DNA from: Welwitschia mirabilis
Taxonomy: Eukaryota
Direction: 5' to 3'
Length of the DNA: 64,000 bases
Assembly: GCA_051453625.1 (NCBI GenBank)
Contig: JBOZIK010000001.1
Location: 7,870,413-7,934,412, forward strand
Below the pieces are notes generated by a model. It had not been told where the DNA came from and made no database searches. It saw only the letters and a program-made list of their open reading frames with translations. This document shows, piece after piece, positions 1 to 12,312 of the stretch (position 1 is its first letter; every line of letters begins with the position of its first letter). Both the position numbers and the translations under genes were made by a program.

Positions 1-188
1 TAAAATACAACACTGATGAAGCTACATTGGTGCACTATTACATAGTAAAGAATATAATTTTCTTTTAATTTTGCTTTTTTATTATAAATAAAAAACTTTT
101 TTTAATTTAAACGTTCTTACATTACATGACATTTTCATATCACGTGTTGCTTTTTTTACTTCCTTTCAATGAGACTTTTCTTTACCAT
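1..188 (-). pseudogene. rps14: Plastid-derived ribosomal protein S14 fragment (NUPT), runs off window start
   Basis: Minus-strand translation from ATG at 188 gives MVKKSLIERK*KKQH..., and near base 1 gives KLYSLLCNSAPM*LHQCCIL. These match plastid Rps14 MAKKSLIQREKKRQ...KLQSLPRNSAPTRLHRRCF, with internal stops. Confidence 0.85.
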
Positions 189-249
189 ATTATCCAAAAT
201 AATAAACTAAATATAGATCTGTTTTTAGATGGAAAAATGGTTATTTGTT

Positions 250-1580
250 TTTACCAAGCTACTAATGCATATTTTTCATTAGGAATTAATGATCTTTTAG
301 CAACATCGTCAAAATGGTGGCTTGTTGAAGAGGAAGTTCAATAAGGTTTTTTTCCCCAGAAAAGGAAAATCTTTCTAGAAATTTACATATAGTTGAAACA
401 TTATATCAATTAATGAATAGATGGCATACTACAAGTGAAAATTTAAAAGAAGAAATGTATCCAAAATTTCNNNNNNNNNNNNNNNNNNNNNNNNNNNNNN
501 NNNNNNNNNNNNNNNNNNNNNNNNNNNNNNNNNNNNNNNNNNNNNNNNNNNNNNNNNNNNNNNNNNNNNNNNNNNNNNNNNNNNNNNNNNNNNNNNNNNN
601 NNNNNNNNNNNNNNNNNNNNNNNNNNNNNNNNNNNNNNNNNNNNNNNNNNNNNNNNNNNNNNNNNNNNNNNNNNNNNNNNNNNNNNNNNNNNNNNNNNNN
701 NNNNNNNNNNNNNNNNNNNNNNNNNNNNNNNNNNNNNNNNNNNNNNNNNNNNNNNNNNNNNNNNNNNNNNNNNNNNNNNNNNNNNNNNNNNNNNNNNNNN
801 NNNNNNNNNNNNNNNNNNNNNNNNNNNNNNNNNNNNNNNNNNNNNNNNNNNNNNNNNNNNNNNNNNNNNNNNNNNNNNNNNNNNNNNNNNNNNNNNNNNN
901 NNNNNNNNNNNNNNNNNNNNNNNNNNNNNNNNNNNNNNNNNNNNNNNNNNNNNNNNNNNNNNNNNNNNNNNNNNNNNNNNNNNNNNNNNNNNNNNNNNNN
1001 NNNNNNNNNNNNNNNNNNNNNNNNNNNNNNNNNNNNNNNNNNNNNNNNNNNNNNNNNNNNNNNNNNNNNNNNNNNNNNNNNNNNNNNNNNNNNNNNNNNN
1101 NNNNNNNNNNNNNNNNNNNNNNNNNNNNNNNNNNNNNNNNNNNNNNNNNNNNNNNNNNNNNNNNNNNNNNNNNNNNNNNNNNNNNNNNNNNNNNNNNNNN
1201 NNNNNNNNNNNNNNNNNNNNNNNNNNNNNNNNNNNNNNNNNNNNNNNNNNNNNNNNNNNNNNNNNNNNNNNNNNNNNNNNNNNNNNNNNNNNNNNNNNNN
1301 NNTCATGTCTTTACAGATGATGTATGTATAAATAAAAGATTCATTACCACACATGATTAAGATATTAGTGTTAGACTTGCTAATCAATTTAAGAATCTTT
1401 TAATTCAAGTAATATCTATACTAACTTCATTTACTTGCAAAATTTTATTTTGGATCTATCAATTATGTTACGGAAAAAGTCTTAGTTACAATAATTTGTT
1501 TGAATTAGAAGAAGTAGTAGGTATTATTGCAGGCCAATCCATTAGCAAACCAAAAAGGACTTTTCACATTAGAGTAGAGT
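250..1580 (+). pseudogene. rpoC2: Plastid RNA polymerase beta'' subunit N-terminal fragment (NUPT), spanning a gap
   Basis: QATNAYFSLGINDLLATSSKWWLV and WHTTSENLKEEMYPKF match RpoC2 SISLGIDDLLTIPSKGWLV...WYATSEYLRQEMNPNF. After the gap, WIYQLCYGKS...[22 protein letters not shown] matches WICQLCYG...[27 protein letters not shown] with a short deletion. Confidence 0.92.
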
Positions 1581-1821
1581 TTTCAAAACATAACAAAAAA
1601 TTTATGAAAAGAAAACTGAAAAAATTTCTCATTTCATTCACATTCACTACTTTTTTTCCATGAACTTATTAAGAAACAAGAGATCTATAGGATTGTTACT
1701 CATTTTTCTAAATGGATTTTGGTTCAAATGCATATGCCTTAGTTTTTTACTTTTATAAGGTGGAAATACTTTGGGTATACACTACATACAACATTTTGTT
1801 TTTTGGAGGGGTCCCTATATA

Positions 1822-2178
1822 GATAAAGTATACGATTGGTTTGAAGAGCATCTTGAAATTCAAGTGATTATAGATGATATTACTAGTAAGTATGTTCTTC
1901 CCTACATCAATATATTTTATTGCCTTAAGAAAATTACATTAACTTATTTCTTGGTGCAGGTGGCTACTAGTTTTGCTATGATTTTTTACTATCATCTAAC
2001 TATGACTGAATCTTTTTCTTCCATTAAGTACATAATGGTTAAGGTCAATTTTGGTTGGTTAATTTAATCAATTCATTAATGGTCAACAAACATGATGGTT
2101 CTAATGATGATTTTACATGTTTTTCATGTTTATCTCACAGGTGAATTTGAAAACCCTCATGAATTAAGTTGGGTATAG
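1822..2178 (+). pseudogene. petB: Plastid cytochrome b6 exon 2 fragment (NUPT), probably preceded by the 3' end of the petB intron
   Basis: [56 protein letters not shown]...[42 protein letters not shown] is clearly PetB with nonsense mutations. Confidence 0.96.
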
Positions 2179-2184
2179 ATTGCA

Positions 2185-2460
2185 ATAAAAGAAAATGATC
2201 ACAGTTTTTTATTATGATCAACAATGGTATTACCACTCTTCTTTGAAGAAAATTTAGAGCTAGTAATAGAGGACCCTTTAACTTATGATAACATCTATGA
2301 TCCAACTTAGTCAAGTTATAATAAACCTTTCTTGTCCATTATTGTCTTTTTTTAAAATGGATAAAATCCTCCTCCATATCCTCAAGATATTTTTTTAAAG
2401 TCAAAAACTTATTCTTAATGTTTAAATCCATCAAAATATTATCTAAATCCCTAATGAAAT
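2185..2460 (-). pseudogene. ycf1: Probable plastid ycf1 fragment (NUPT)
   Basis: Minus-strand KGPLLLALNFLQRRVVIPLLIIIKNCDHFL resembles the conserved Ycf1 segment RG.LL.TQS.LRKYI.LP.LIIAKNI.R.LL. It lies among other plastid fragments. Confidence 0.5.
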
Positions 2461-2697
2461 CCCTTTTTTTTTTTTTTTTGCTTTTCTTTCATTTATAAAA
2501 TAAAAGTATAATACCTTTATTTTTTAAAATAGTAAAAATTAACTTTCCAAGGTCTAGTAGGTTTACCTCTTTGACATCTGAAGGATTATTTAAACATGTA
2601 ATGGTAATTATTACATACAACATGTCTATGTACTTCAAATTATTTTTCATTTAAAAAAGGGATTTCATCATGATATCCTACATTTTTTAGTTACTTG

Positions 2698-2771
2698 GAG
2701 TTAGTAGCTCAGCATAAAAGACTTCATGGTTCTAGACCATAAGGTCAAGGGTTTAAATCCCTTCTATCTCA
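2698..2771 (+). tRNA. trnR-CCG: Decayed plastid tRNA-Arg(CCG) pseudogene; anticodon now reads CTA
   Basis: Cloverleaf remnants: acceptor GAGTTAG/CTATCTC, D arm TAGCTCAG, anticodon arm CATGG-TT-CTA-GA-CCATA (2725-2741), T arm AAGGGTTTAAATCCCTT. The anticodon arm fits trnR-CCG CATGGTTCCGGACCATG after CpG deamination. Confidence 0.72.
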
Positions 2772-4353
2772 GATTCTAAAAGATAAATATTAATATCTTT
2801 TCTTTTGTAAAAGTATTTTTCTTCATTAAGTAAGGTAGATTAAAATCCTTTTAATTTAAAAAGTGTAATAGAATCATAATGTTTTAAAATAAAAGAATTT
2901 TTTCTTTCTTTTGAATTAAAACAAAATTAAATAACTTCTAGAACAACATTGACATTTACTATGCCATTTTTCCTTTTTTTGATAAATTCATTTTGAATTT
3001 GAATATTTTTCTTTCTCAGTGTATCCCTAAGAACATAATATTCTACCATTAGTGGTTTAGATAATTTCTTATCCAAATTGTTAAATGTTAAATATAGTGG
3101 TTAGATAACTAGATAAAAGTCTCAAAGATTGATGAATGAACAATAGAATAATTTGTTTGGAATGAGATACCAATTCATACATGGATTATGGACTAAGAAC
3201 AAAACTAAAAAAATAAATGGAAGAGATGGAAAAAGGGGACAATCTGAGGTAAAAATTAGTAATCCAATGGAAAAAGAATGACTAAAAAGGGAAGAAAAAT
3301 AACTAGAAAGGGACAAAGAAGAACGAAGACAAAAATGAAGGGAAGAAAAATAATTAGAAAGGAATATAAAAGAATGGGAATAAAAAGAGAAAGAGCTAGC
3401 AACAAATCAAATATAAAGTAAAAATGAATAAATAAAAATTGACTAAAGAAAAAAATAGAACTTTTGCATAAGTTGAAAAAATTAAAGTTTTTGGAGTGGC
3501 CTATTTATTTATTTAATTATTAGAGATAAACGCGATAAGTTTTCAAAAGATCTCATTCTAATTTAATACATTTCATAAAAGATAGGATTTTCCAATACTT
3601 TTTTAGTCCATGTTATAGTAATGGAAACAAAATACTTAGTTTTATAATGTCTCTAACTAAAATGTTTCTTGAACAAAAATTCCAAAAAACATTTCTAATA
3701 CTGAGTCTTCTTATAAAAATTTTGAATAAATATCCTATAGTAGCTAGAAAACCCAATAATATAGTTGATGTCTTTAGCACTTTTAAGAACAAAAAGATAA
3801 GGAGAACTAGGAAGGTGCAGGAAGTTATAAGTTAAAATCTTTAAAGTTTGAAGAGGTGAAGGTAGGATTTCCATAGGAGGATCCTACTAGTTGTGGTGAG
3901 TTATGCTACAATATTGATCTTAATGAGTGTCATTTCATCTTTCTATACACTTGGTAAGAATTGTATTATCTTTGCCTTAGAGTAAGTGTTTTACTTCTTA
4001 TAAGGGGTACTTTGGTTTTTTTGTGCTCAATCACATATGTTTTGAAGCCAAGGTGAAGTTCCTTTTTTGATCTTTTTGGTTGCTTTGTTTTCACTATGTC
4101 TCACTCACATTTAAACCTAATAAGTGCTTGGATTAACTTAAAATGCAGAGTTTTTAATGGTCTCTTGCTTTTTCACTTTTGTTTAGACTTGGATAGAAAT
4201 AAAATTATAGTAGAGAGGTTGTGGGTCTTTGGTACTTGGGGTTTTAACCTAATTTATTAGAAACTAAGGACCTAGTATGATTTGAACCTTTTTGATAATG
4301 TTCTGGCTTAGATTAGAATCTCTAATTTTTAATTGATTTTTGTAAGGAATCAT

Positions 4354-5920
4354 TACTAGAATAAGTAGTTAAAAACTTTGAAAAACCGGTTAAGATAAAC
4401 CGTACCACATTAAAGGCATTCCACTTTTTCTTAGCAAGATTCTATGTTTGGACAAACTTTTCCAACTTAGAAAAAATCAATTACATTTAATTCTAATCAA
4501 AGTATGAACGTAAAACCTTATTAGTAGAATACAAAAATATCCCACCCTCCTACAAATATTATGGAAGTTGAGAGCACTCGGAGAGATTCTTTAGTTTGAA
4601 AAAGAACAAGCACTCCTTCTATAGGGAACACTCAAAGAGATTCCATAGTTTGAAAAAAAGCAAGTTCTTCTTTAATAATAGAGAAGGGCACAATGAGAAA
4701 GAGTATAGAAAAAAATTTATTATAGTTCTATGATAAAACAAACCACATAAGAAGTGAACATCACACTAAGTTGAGAAAAGAGTACATGGAAAAATAGATG
4801 GCCCAAGGATTAGTAGTTGATTAAAAAAATTTACATCAGAAATAATATATTTATGCATAGTTATATGTTAGAAACATATAATTAATAGTTAGTTCACATA
4901 ATAATAGCAATTATATTTTATATTTAGGCATTACTTTAGAATTATAGTTTAGGATTACATATTAGTTATAGTATATAATTTAATAGTTAACGAAAATAAT
5001 ATTATTATTTTACAGGTTTATGTAACTTAGAGAATGATAACAAGTATGACAACAATTAGCAATGGAGAATAACATAGGAAGAAGGAAGAAAAATAACNNN
5101 NNNNNNNNNNNNNNNNNNNNNNNNNNNNNNNNNNNNNNNNNNNNNNNNNNNNNNNNNNNNNNNNNNNNNNNNNNNNNNNNNNNNNNNNNNNNNNNNNGCA
5201 AGATTCTATGTTTGGACAACCTTTTCCAACATAGAAAAAATCAAGTACATTTAATACTAATCAAAATATGAATGTAAAACCTTGTTAGTAGAGTACAAAA
5301 ATATTTCAACCTCCTACAAAACTTATGGAAGTTAAGAGCACTCAGAAATATTCTTTAGTTTGAAAAATAATAAGCACTCCTTCTATAAGGAACACTCAAA
5401 GAGATTCTATAGCTTGAAAAAGAGCAAGTGTTCCTTTCATAATAGAGAAGGGCACAATAAGAAAGAGTGTAGAAAGGAATTTATTATAGTTCTATGATAA
5501 AACAAACCATGTAAGAAGTGAATGTCATACTTAGTTAAAAAAAGAGTAGGTGGAAAAATAGATGGCCGAAGGATTAGTAGTTGATAAAAAAATTTAAATT
5601 AAAAATAATATATTTTATTCATAGTTATATGTTAGAAACATAGAATTAATATTTAGTTTACATAATAATAGCAATTATATTTTATATTTAAGAATTACTT
5701 TAGAATTATAGTTCAGTATTACGTATTAGTTATAGTGTATAACTTAGTAGTTAATGAAAATAATATTATTATTTTATAGATTTATGTACACTTAGAGAAT
5801 GATAACAAGTATCACAATAATTAGCAATGGAGAATAACATGGAAAGAAGGAAGAAAAATAACCCATTACATGAAAATTCTACATGGCACATGAGGAGAAA
5901 TCTATTCTAACTCCCCTAAA
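4354..5920 (-). mobile_element. Probable 3' LTR plus polypurine tract of a truncated LTR retrotransposon (LTR partly duplicated across the gap)
   Basis: The minus strand reads AATTTAGGGGAG then TTAGAATAG at ~5920-5902. Inverted termini TAGAATA (~4357) and TATTCTA (~5903). No coding domains recognised. Confidence 0.4.
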
Positions 5921-7090
5921 TTTATGCATAACATGTGGTAATGTGCTTCCTTAATATAGGAGGAGTTGTTATTCATTATTGTACAAGTTTTCTTCTTCCA
6001 AATATGTAAAGACTAGTACAAATACAACCTAGAGTTACCATTATAAGATCTTTTGGCACGCTTTGCATAACATCTAGAAATGGTAGCAAGCCTTGGGATC
6101 AATCTTCAAGTACTCTTCTTCATTTTAGCTATGACCTGCAAAGGAAATACTATTTGTAATCAATTTATTTATCATAATATAAGCTTTATATTTTTATAAA
6201 AATATGCTTTTATTATGATTTTATTTCAGCATTTGCTACATATTGTAGAACTAAAATGTTAATCTTTTAGAACACTATTTCACTTTGTTTGCATGCTAAA
6301 ACATATTGTAAACTAATGTATTACTTGAAAAAGTAATAATTTATTTTCTCATAATTCTTATCCATTCATGGATAGGTATTAGGATATAACAATGCTTAGA
6401 AGTAGTGTTGTCTAAAATCATTTTACTCCTATTCTTATATTATCAACCCTACTATTCTTGTATATTTTGTACATACCTAGCTAAGATAAATCAATAAAGT
6501 ACTTTATTATTCTAAAACTTGATCTTAACAAGTCTTTTAGAAGCATTAGTTCCTATAGAAAATTCAATTTTAGTGACCTAAATAAGAAATTTAAATAAAG
6601 TTATTACTTTAAAGTAAACTAGGTCCTTTAAGACCTTCCCTTAAACAAAATATATTTATGATACATATGTGAGATTAAGGTTATAATAACATACATTATT
6701 TCATATTTTTATCTAGTTTTACTACATAAATATGCATAAATAATCTTAATCCAAGGACTTGTTAGTAGTAAATAGCAATAACAGATTTTATCCTATGGCT
6801 CAAAAAAAATAAGACTTTTGGAGATCAATAGCTAATGATTTATAGAAAGATATGGATAATACCTCGAGATTTCCTTAAAAGACTGATAATGCCCTATTTC
6901 AAGATAACATTAATAAAAAATTTATCAAACATAAAGATGAGAAGGAATTTTCTCCTTCAACCAAAGGGCATGACTTACATAATATAAGAGGTAGATCAAA
7001 AACTAAGAAAAACGAAATAAAGAAATAGAAATAAACTTGGTAAGTAAATTTCAAATCACTCTAAAAAATGTGGTTGAAAAGCATAATAGC

Positions 7091-7507
7091 TATAATGTTC
7101 CATTTTACTACTTTTGGATTTTTTGGCATAAAAATAAACATATAAATAATATCCTAGAAATAATAAGAATAATAAGAAATCATTTGGCAAAATATGGATC
7201 TTATTATTAGAAGCAGAAAATTACATTTCTTAACATTTAGATAATAGTCCTAGACTAGTGGTCAAAGGTAAATACATGGACTATGACTTGAGTCCCCTTC
7301 TTAAGACCCTTAGGAATCAAACAAAGTTTTCATTAGTTACATCCACCTTATCTATCCACCTTAACCTAATGTCATAGGCTTTTATAGCATAAATGAAAGG
7401 ACATAGTTTTATATCTTTAGATCATAACCATTCGTAACAACTCATTAATCATGCTTATTTAGCACCTTAATAAATTCTTTTATAAATTGTAAATTTGGAA
7501 CATTACA
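7091..7507 (-). repeat. 3' LTR of element A (~417 bp)
   Basis: Termini TATAATGTTC (decayed TGTAATG) and AACATTACA. Homologous to 33470-33796 and, in reverse complement, to 22826-23240. PPT is adjacent at ~7508-7521. Confidence 0.88.
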
Positions 7508-7689
7508 TTCCCTTCTCCTTAAGCATCATGCTCATCCTTGATTGTGGTTTCTCCTCTTCTTGCATCATTCATGAAGGTATGCTCATTTAGATTATTTTCT
7601 ATCTTATCTACAAAACATAAGAGAAGGAAAATATTATACATTAAGAGATATGTTAATGATGGAGAGATAATATATCATGTTTTATTTAA

Positions 7690-10205
7690 AAGTTTAAGAA
7701 AATTCTCCTACATGTACTTTCTATTTTTCCAAGTTTCTTGGTTATAATGGATTCATTGGTTGAGTACTTCATCTATATTTTAATTACTTAGTTATGGTAT
7801 CTAAGACTTTTTCGAGTGGGAAAACAAAGGTTCAATTGGGTCTAAGCATAATATGCTACTAATTTAGTGTTTAGTCCTAGTTCTTATCCTTATAGTAAGG
7901 TTTCAGCATGATTAAATGGAAAACTAGATGAATTCGAGACATTCACAATGTTAGTTCTAATTCATAGGCTAAATCCCCTATTCTTTTCATGATCTTAATT
8001 GGACCACAATATTGAGGGACTATTTTGATATACTTTTCCATTTTTAAGGAGTTCATTTTTTTCTTGATTTTTAGTAGAACTTGTTTGCTAACTTGGAATA
8101 TATGAGTCTAATGTTTCTGATCATAGTACTTCTTATACTGATCTTGAGCAACTTGTAGTTGTCTTTTTGTTTTAGTAATCATGTATTTCATAATTTTTAA
8201 TTTGGAAAGTGTATTTTTTTTAATTTTTATAAAGGATCTAATAATGTGACATGGGTGGAGTAGTTTACATCACTTTGAATAGCAAACCTTGAATTGAGGT
8301 TTGAAATATCTAATTATAAGTAAGTGTGACCAGGTGTAGGTAGTTATTCCATTGTTTGGGTTTTCTAGCCATTTATTATTATTAGAATATCTTCTAGAAT
8401 GTGATTTAATCTTTCTATTTGGCCATCTATTTCTAGGTAATATGTAGTATTAAAACTAAGTTTAGCACCCAAGTAATGAAAGAAACTTTATCAAAAATTT
8501 GATAAGACTTTAGATCTCAATCACATATAAGAACTTGAGGTGCATCATATAACTTAAAAAATTCTTACACAAATCATAGGATTAATTATTTTACCATGTT
8601 AGAGCTTTATACTACAATGAAATGGGCCATCTTAGTCAACCTTGCTACACAAATAAAAATTGCATCATGTTATCTATTAATAAGAAGTAGCCCACTAATA
8701 AAATCTATAGAGATTTATTTCCATTTCCATTGTGATATCCCTAAAGGTTGAAGGTGTCCATTGGGTTGTCCTTAATCAATATTTATTTACTAGAATATGG
8801 GATAATTATAGATGTATTTATTAAAATCTACTTTCATTCTAGGCTAAAGGTAATGTTTTCTTAATTGGTGGTAGTTTCCGATAAATCTAAGATGTCTTTC
8901 ATATAGAACTTTATGTAGTTTAGACATTAAATTTCTTCCCCATGGGCCTTATGAAATGCAAAGATGCTATCCTTTTAATAGGTATCCATCCCATAAGAGC
9001 ATGTAGATGTCTACTTCTTGGATTAATTGATGTATATCTCTGAGATATGGATCATCCACTATGGATGTCTTAAAGAAAACTGATAGATCTGATGTAATAG
9101 TGATGGCTAGCATGCACCACATTCTACTTAGAGTGTTTGCAACTTTACTCTCCTTTCTTTGGGTGTACTATAGTTTGAATTCATATTCTATAAGGAATTC
9201 ATTCTATTTTCTCTATCACATACTTAGAAGAGGCTATTTCTAGGAATATTATATGCTTTTGTAACCTATTTTAAGAAGAAATTTACCATTCAACAAGTAA
9301 TGTCTTTAAACTTTTAGCACATGCATTATGGCTAGTAGTTTTAGATCATGAATGGAGATAGTTCCTCTCATTTTGGTTTAATATTCATGATTTGTAGGTA
9401 ATTACCTTATCATCTTGAATTAGTATGGCTCCTATACCTTGAGTAGAAGCATTAGTGATAACTATGGTTGGTTTATTCATGTCTCTAATTTTGAGAATAG
9501 GTGTCATTATAAGCAGTAGATTTAGCATGAGAAATGCCTTCTTAGATTTTTCATTGAATTTAAATGTAAATGTTGATTTGATTAAATCTATCAGTGGTAC
9601 TACAAGTTGAGAGAACCTTGGAATAAATTTCTAATAGAAGTTAGCTAACCCTAAGAAGCTTCAAAACTATGTCACATCCTTTAATTCTAGTCATTTCCTT
9701 ATGGCTTGTACTTTGATTGGATCAGTTTTCATCCCTATACTAAAAATGACGTATCCTAGGTAGCTAATTTTTATCTGGAAGAAGTTACATTTGCTCAACT
9801 TAGCTTCAAAATCATACCAGGTTAGGATCTGTAAAACTTGCTTCAGGTGTGCAATATGATCATCTCGAATTTTGGAATATATCATAATATCATTTAAAAA
9901 CACAACTATAAATTTATTTAAATAAGATCAAAAACTATCATTCATCAAACTCATAAAAGTAGTAAGAGCATTTGTTAAACCAAAGGACACTACTACGAAC
10001 TTGTAATGCCCATATCTTGTTTTAAAGATAGTTTGGTAAATATCTTCATCTTTAATATATATTTGGTGATATCCAGATTTAAGTTGATTTTTTAGAAGAA
10101 TTTGACTTTTTTGAATTTAATCCAATAGGTCATTAATTCTTGGTAAAGGATATCTATTTTTAATAGTTACCTTATTTAGCTATCTGTAGTCAATGCAGAG
10201 TCATA
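7690..10205 (-). pseudogene. Element A pol, 3' part: RT, RNase H, integrase, chromodomain
   Basis: [60 protein letters not shown], integrase ISIDFISGLL, and chromodomain PLEKVLDT...HYNQETWKNRKYM*ENFLKL. Many stops. Confidence 0.93.
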
Positions 10206-10339
10206 GGATATGTAATGTTTTCAATTTACTATTTGAGTAATAAGTATGTTAAAGGATAAATGAGTGTAATTAATAGAGATATGAATGAGTGTAAACCAAG
10301 TATGAAAAAATGTGTTTCTTCATCATTCTATTTAAGCTA

Positions 10340-12312
10340 GAGAGGGATTGGTATTTTTTTAATTCATCCATCAACTCATTAACTTTGGGGTATAGGATCT
10401 TCACCACTAATAAAATCTGATTGGTATGATACGATGCTTGATCTTGCTCATTGATGATGGACCACAGAACTATAGGTACATAATGAGAAGGCTCTAAAGA
10501 AGACAAGCAACAAATAGGCTTTAACTTAAAGACTGAAAGTAAGGAGTGGAACATGACATATCCCTTTGATCCATTAATGTATCAAAATAATTAAGAACCT
10601 CTTCCCCTAAGAATTAAAAGGAAATAATAAATCCATAAAGAGGCTAGTGGAAGATACAAAAGGGAAGTCTTCGCTTACTATGGTGAAATCCTTCCTTAAC
10701 TTTTAAAGGAATAGCTTTTCTAAAGGTCATGGGGTAAAATCTAGATTATTCTCGAATATGATCTCTGAGTGAGAAACATAAAATGAAACAAAAATGCTTA
10801 GTAAAGATAGCCTAGTAAGTCATAAAAAAGAAGAAAACAATAGAAATATGAAAGTAAGTTAATACCCCATAGGGTCGGTGTCACCAAGAAAAGCTAAGGG
10901 ATGCATCTTATTCCTCAGGTTTATCTAGCATAGGATAGTTAATTGGAGTTTTATTACATTTTTAGTGGGAAGAGTCATGAGATCTTGAGGCCTTACTCAT
11001 CTGTAACATAATGACAAAAAAAAAACAAAGTCATCAAAAATACACATTTTATTAAAACGTTCTCAACAAGAATCCATACCTCAGATGGAATAGAAAAAGT
11101 ACCCTAAGATGTNNNNNNNNNNNNNNNNNNNNNNNNNNNNNNNNNNNNNNNNNNNNNNNNNNNNNNNNNNNNNNNNNNNNNNNNNNNNNNNNNNNNNNNN
11201 NNNNNNNNNNNNNNNNNNNNNNNNNNNNNNNNNNNNNNNNNNNNNNNNNAAATCTAGATCATTCTTGACCATGATATCTGAGTGGAAAACCTAAAATGAA
11301 ACAAAAATGCTTAGTAAAGATAGCCTACTAAGCCATAAAAAAGAAGAAAACAATAGAAATATGAAAGTAAGTTAATACCCCAAAGGGTCAGTGTCACTGA
11401 GCAAAGCTAAGGGATGCATCCTCTTCCTCAGGTTTCTCCAGCATAGGGTAGTTAATTAGAGTTTTATTACATTTTTGATGGAAAGAGTTATGAGATCTTG
11501 AAGCCTTACTTATCTATAACATAATGACAAATAGAAAACNNNNNNNNNNNNNNNNNNNNNNNNNNNNNNNNNNNNNNNNNNNNNNNNNNNNNNNNNNNNN
11601 NNNNNNNNNNNNNNNNNNNNNNNNNNNNNNNNNNNNNNNNNNNNNNNNNNNNNNNNNNNNNNNNNNNNNNNNNNNNNNNNNNNNNNNNNNNNNNNNNNNN
11701 NNNNNNNNNNNNNNNNNNNNNNNNNNNNNNNNNNNNNNNNNNNNNNNNNNNNNNNNNNNNNNNNNNNNNNNNNNNNNNNNNNNNNNNNNNNNNNNNNNNN
11801 NNNNNNNNNNNNNNNNNNNNNNNNNNNNNNNNNNNNNNNNNNTCTAAAGATATCCTCCTAACTAAAAAGAATAATAAGTAAATGATGTAGGTTATAACCT
11901 CATTTACCTGATCATGAAGAAAGGCTCTACCAACAATTAGTTCTCCATAAGCTACAAAGTATGGGGTAGTGAAATTAGTGATGGAGATCTCATGGTAGTG
12001 AGTATCCACCTCTCATAAACACACAGAATTATCTAATTAATTAATCATGAAGTAATATAAATACTCATTGAAATAAAAAACCTTAGAAGACATGCAATTA
12101 TCTTGATTTATTTAAAAAACCATCTCATTACTCTCTTCAAAAATTGAGATTGGGACATGACAAGGACAGGAAATGATAATTATATGAGGATCAAAATAAG
12201 AATACAAAGAATAGAGAATGTAAAAAACAATGAGATGATGAGGATGAAAAGAAGGAAAGCCACATAGATGTAAAAGATTAGAAGATAAGAACCAAGAGAT
12301 CCCTTGCTCCAT
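10340..12312 (-). pseudogene. Antisense accessory ORF of element B (unknown product, probably multi-exon)
   Basis: ATG at 12312 in GCCATGG context. It continues through deamination stops and one frameshift into DTHYHEISITNFTTPYFVAYGELIVGRAFLHD, and later NEQDQASYHTNQILLVVKILYPKVNELMDELKKYQSLS. Homologous in frame to A 29868-32372. Confidence 0.65.

Noticed and set aside
1771-2067. ORF as a functional nuclear petB gene
   Set aside because: It has nonsense codons, loss of conserved Gly residues, no transit peptide, and is truncated.
3530-3725. Possible matK fragment on the minus strand
   Set aside because: Only a faint resemblance (FFGIFVQ...ENPIFY), not enough without a database search.
3740-3790. 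ARKPNNIVDVFS resembling the gypsy RNase H end (PGKANVVADALS)
   Set aside because: Too short and isolated to delimit an element.
6780-7090. Possible Mutator transposase C-terminus (RGRSK...KCG..HN)
   Set aside because: Motifs are short, need a frameshift, and no DDE or SWIM domain was recognised.
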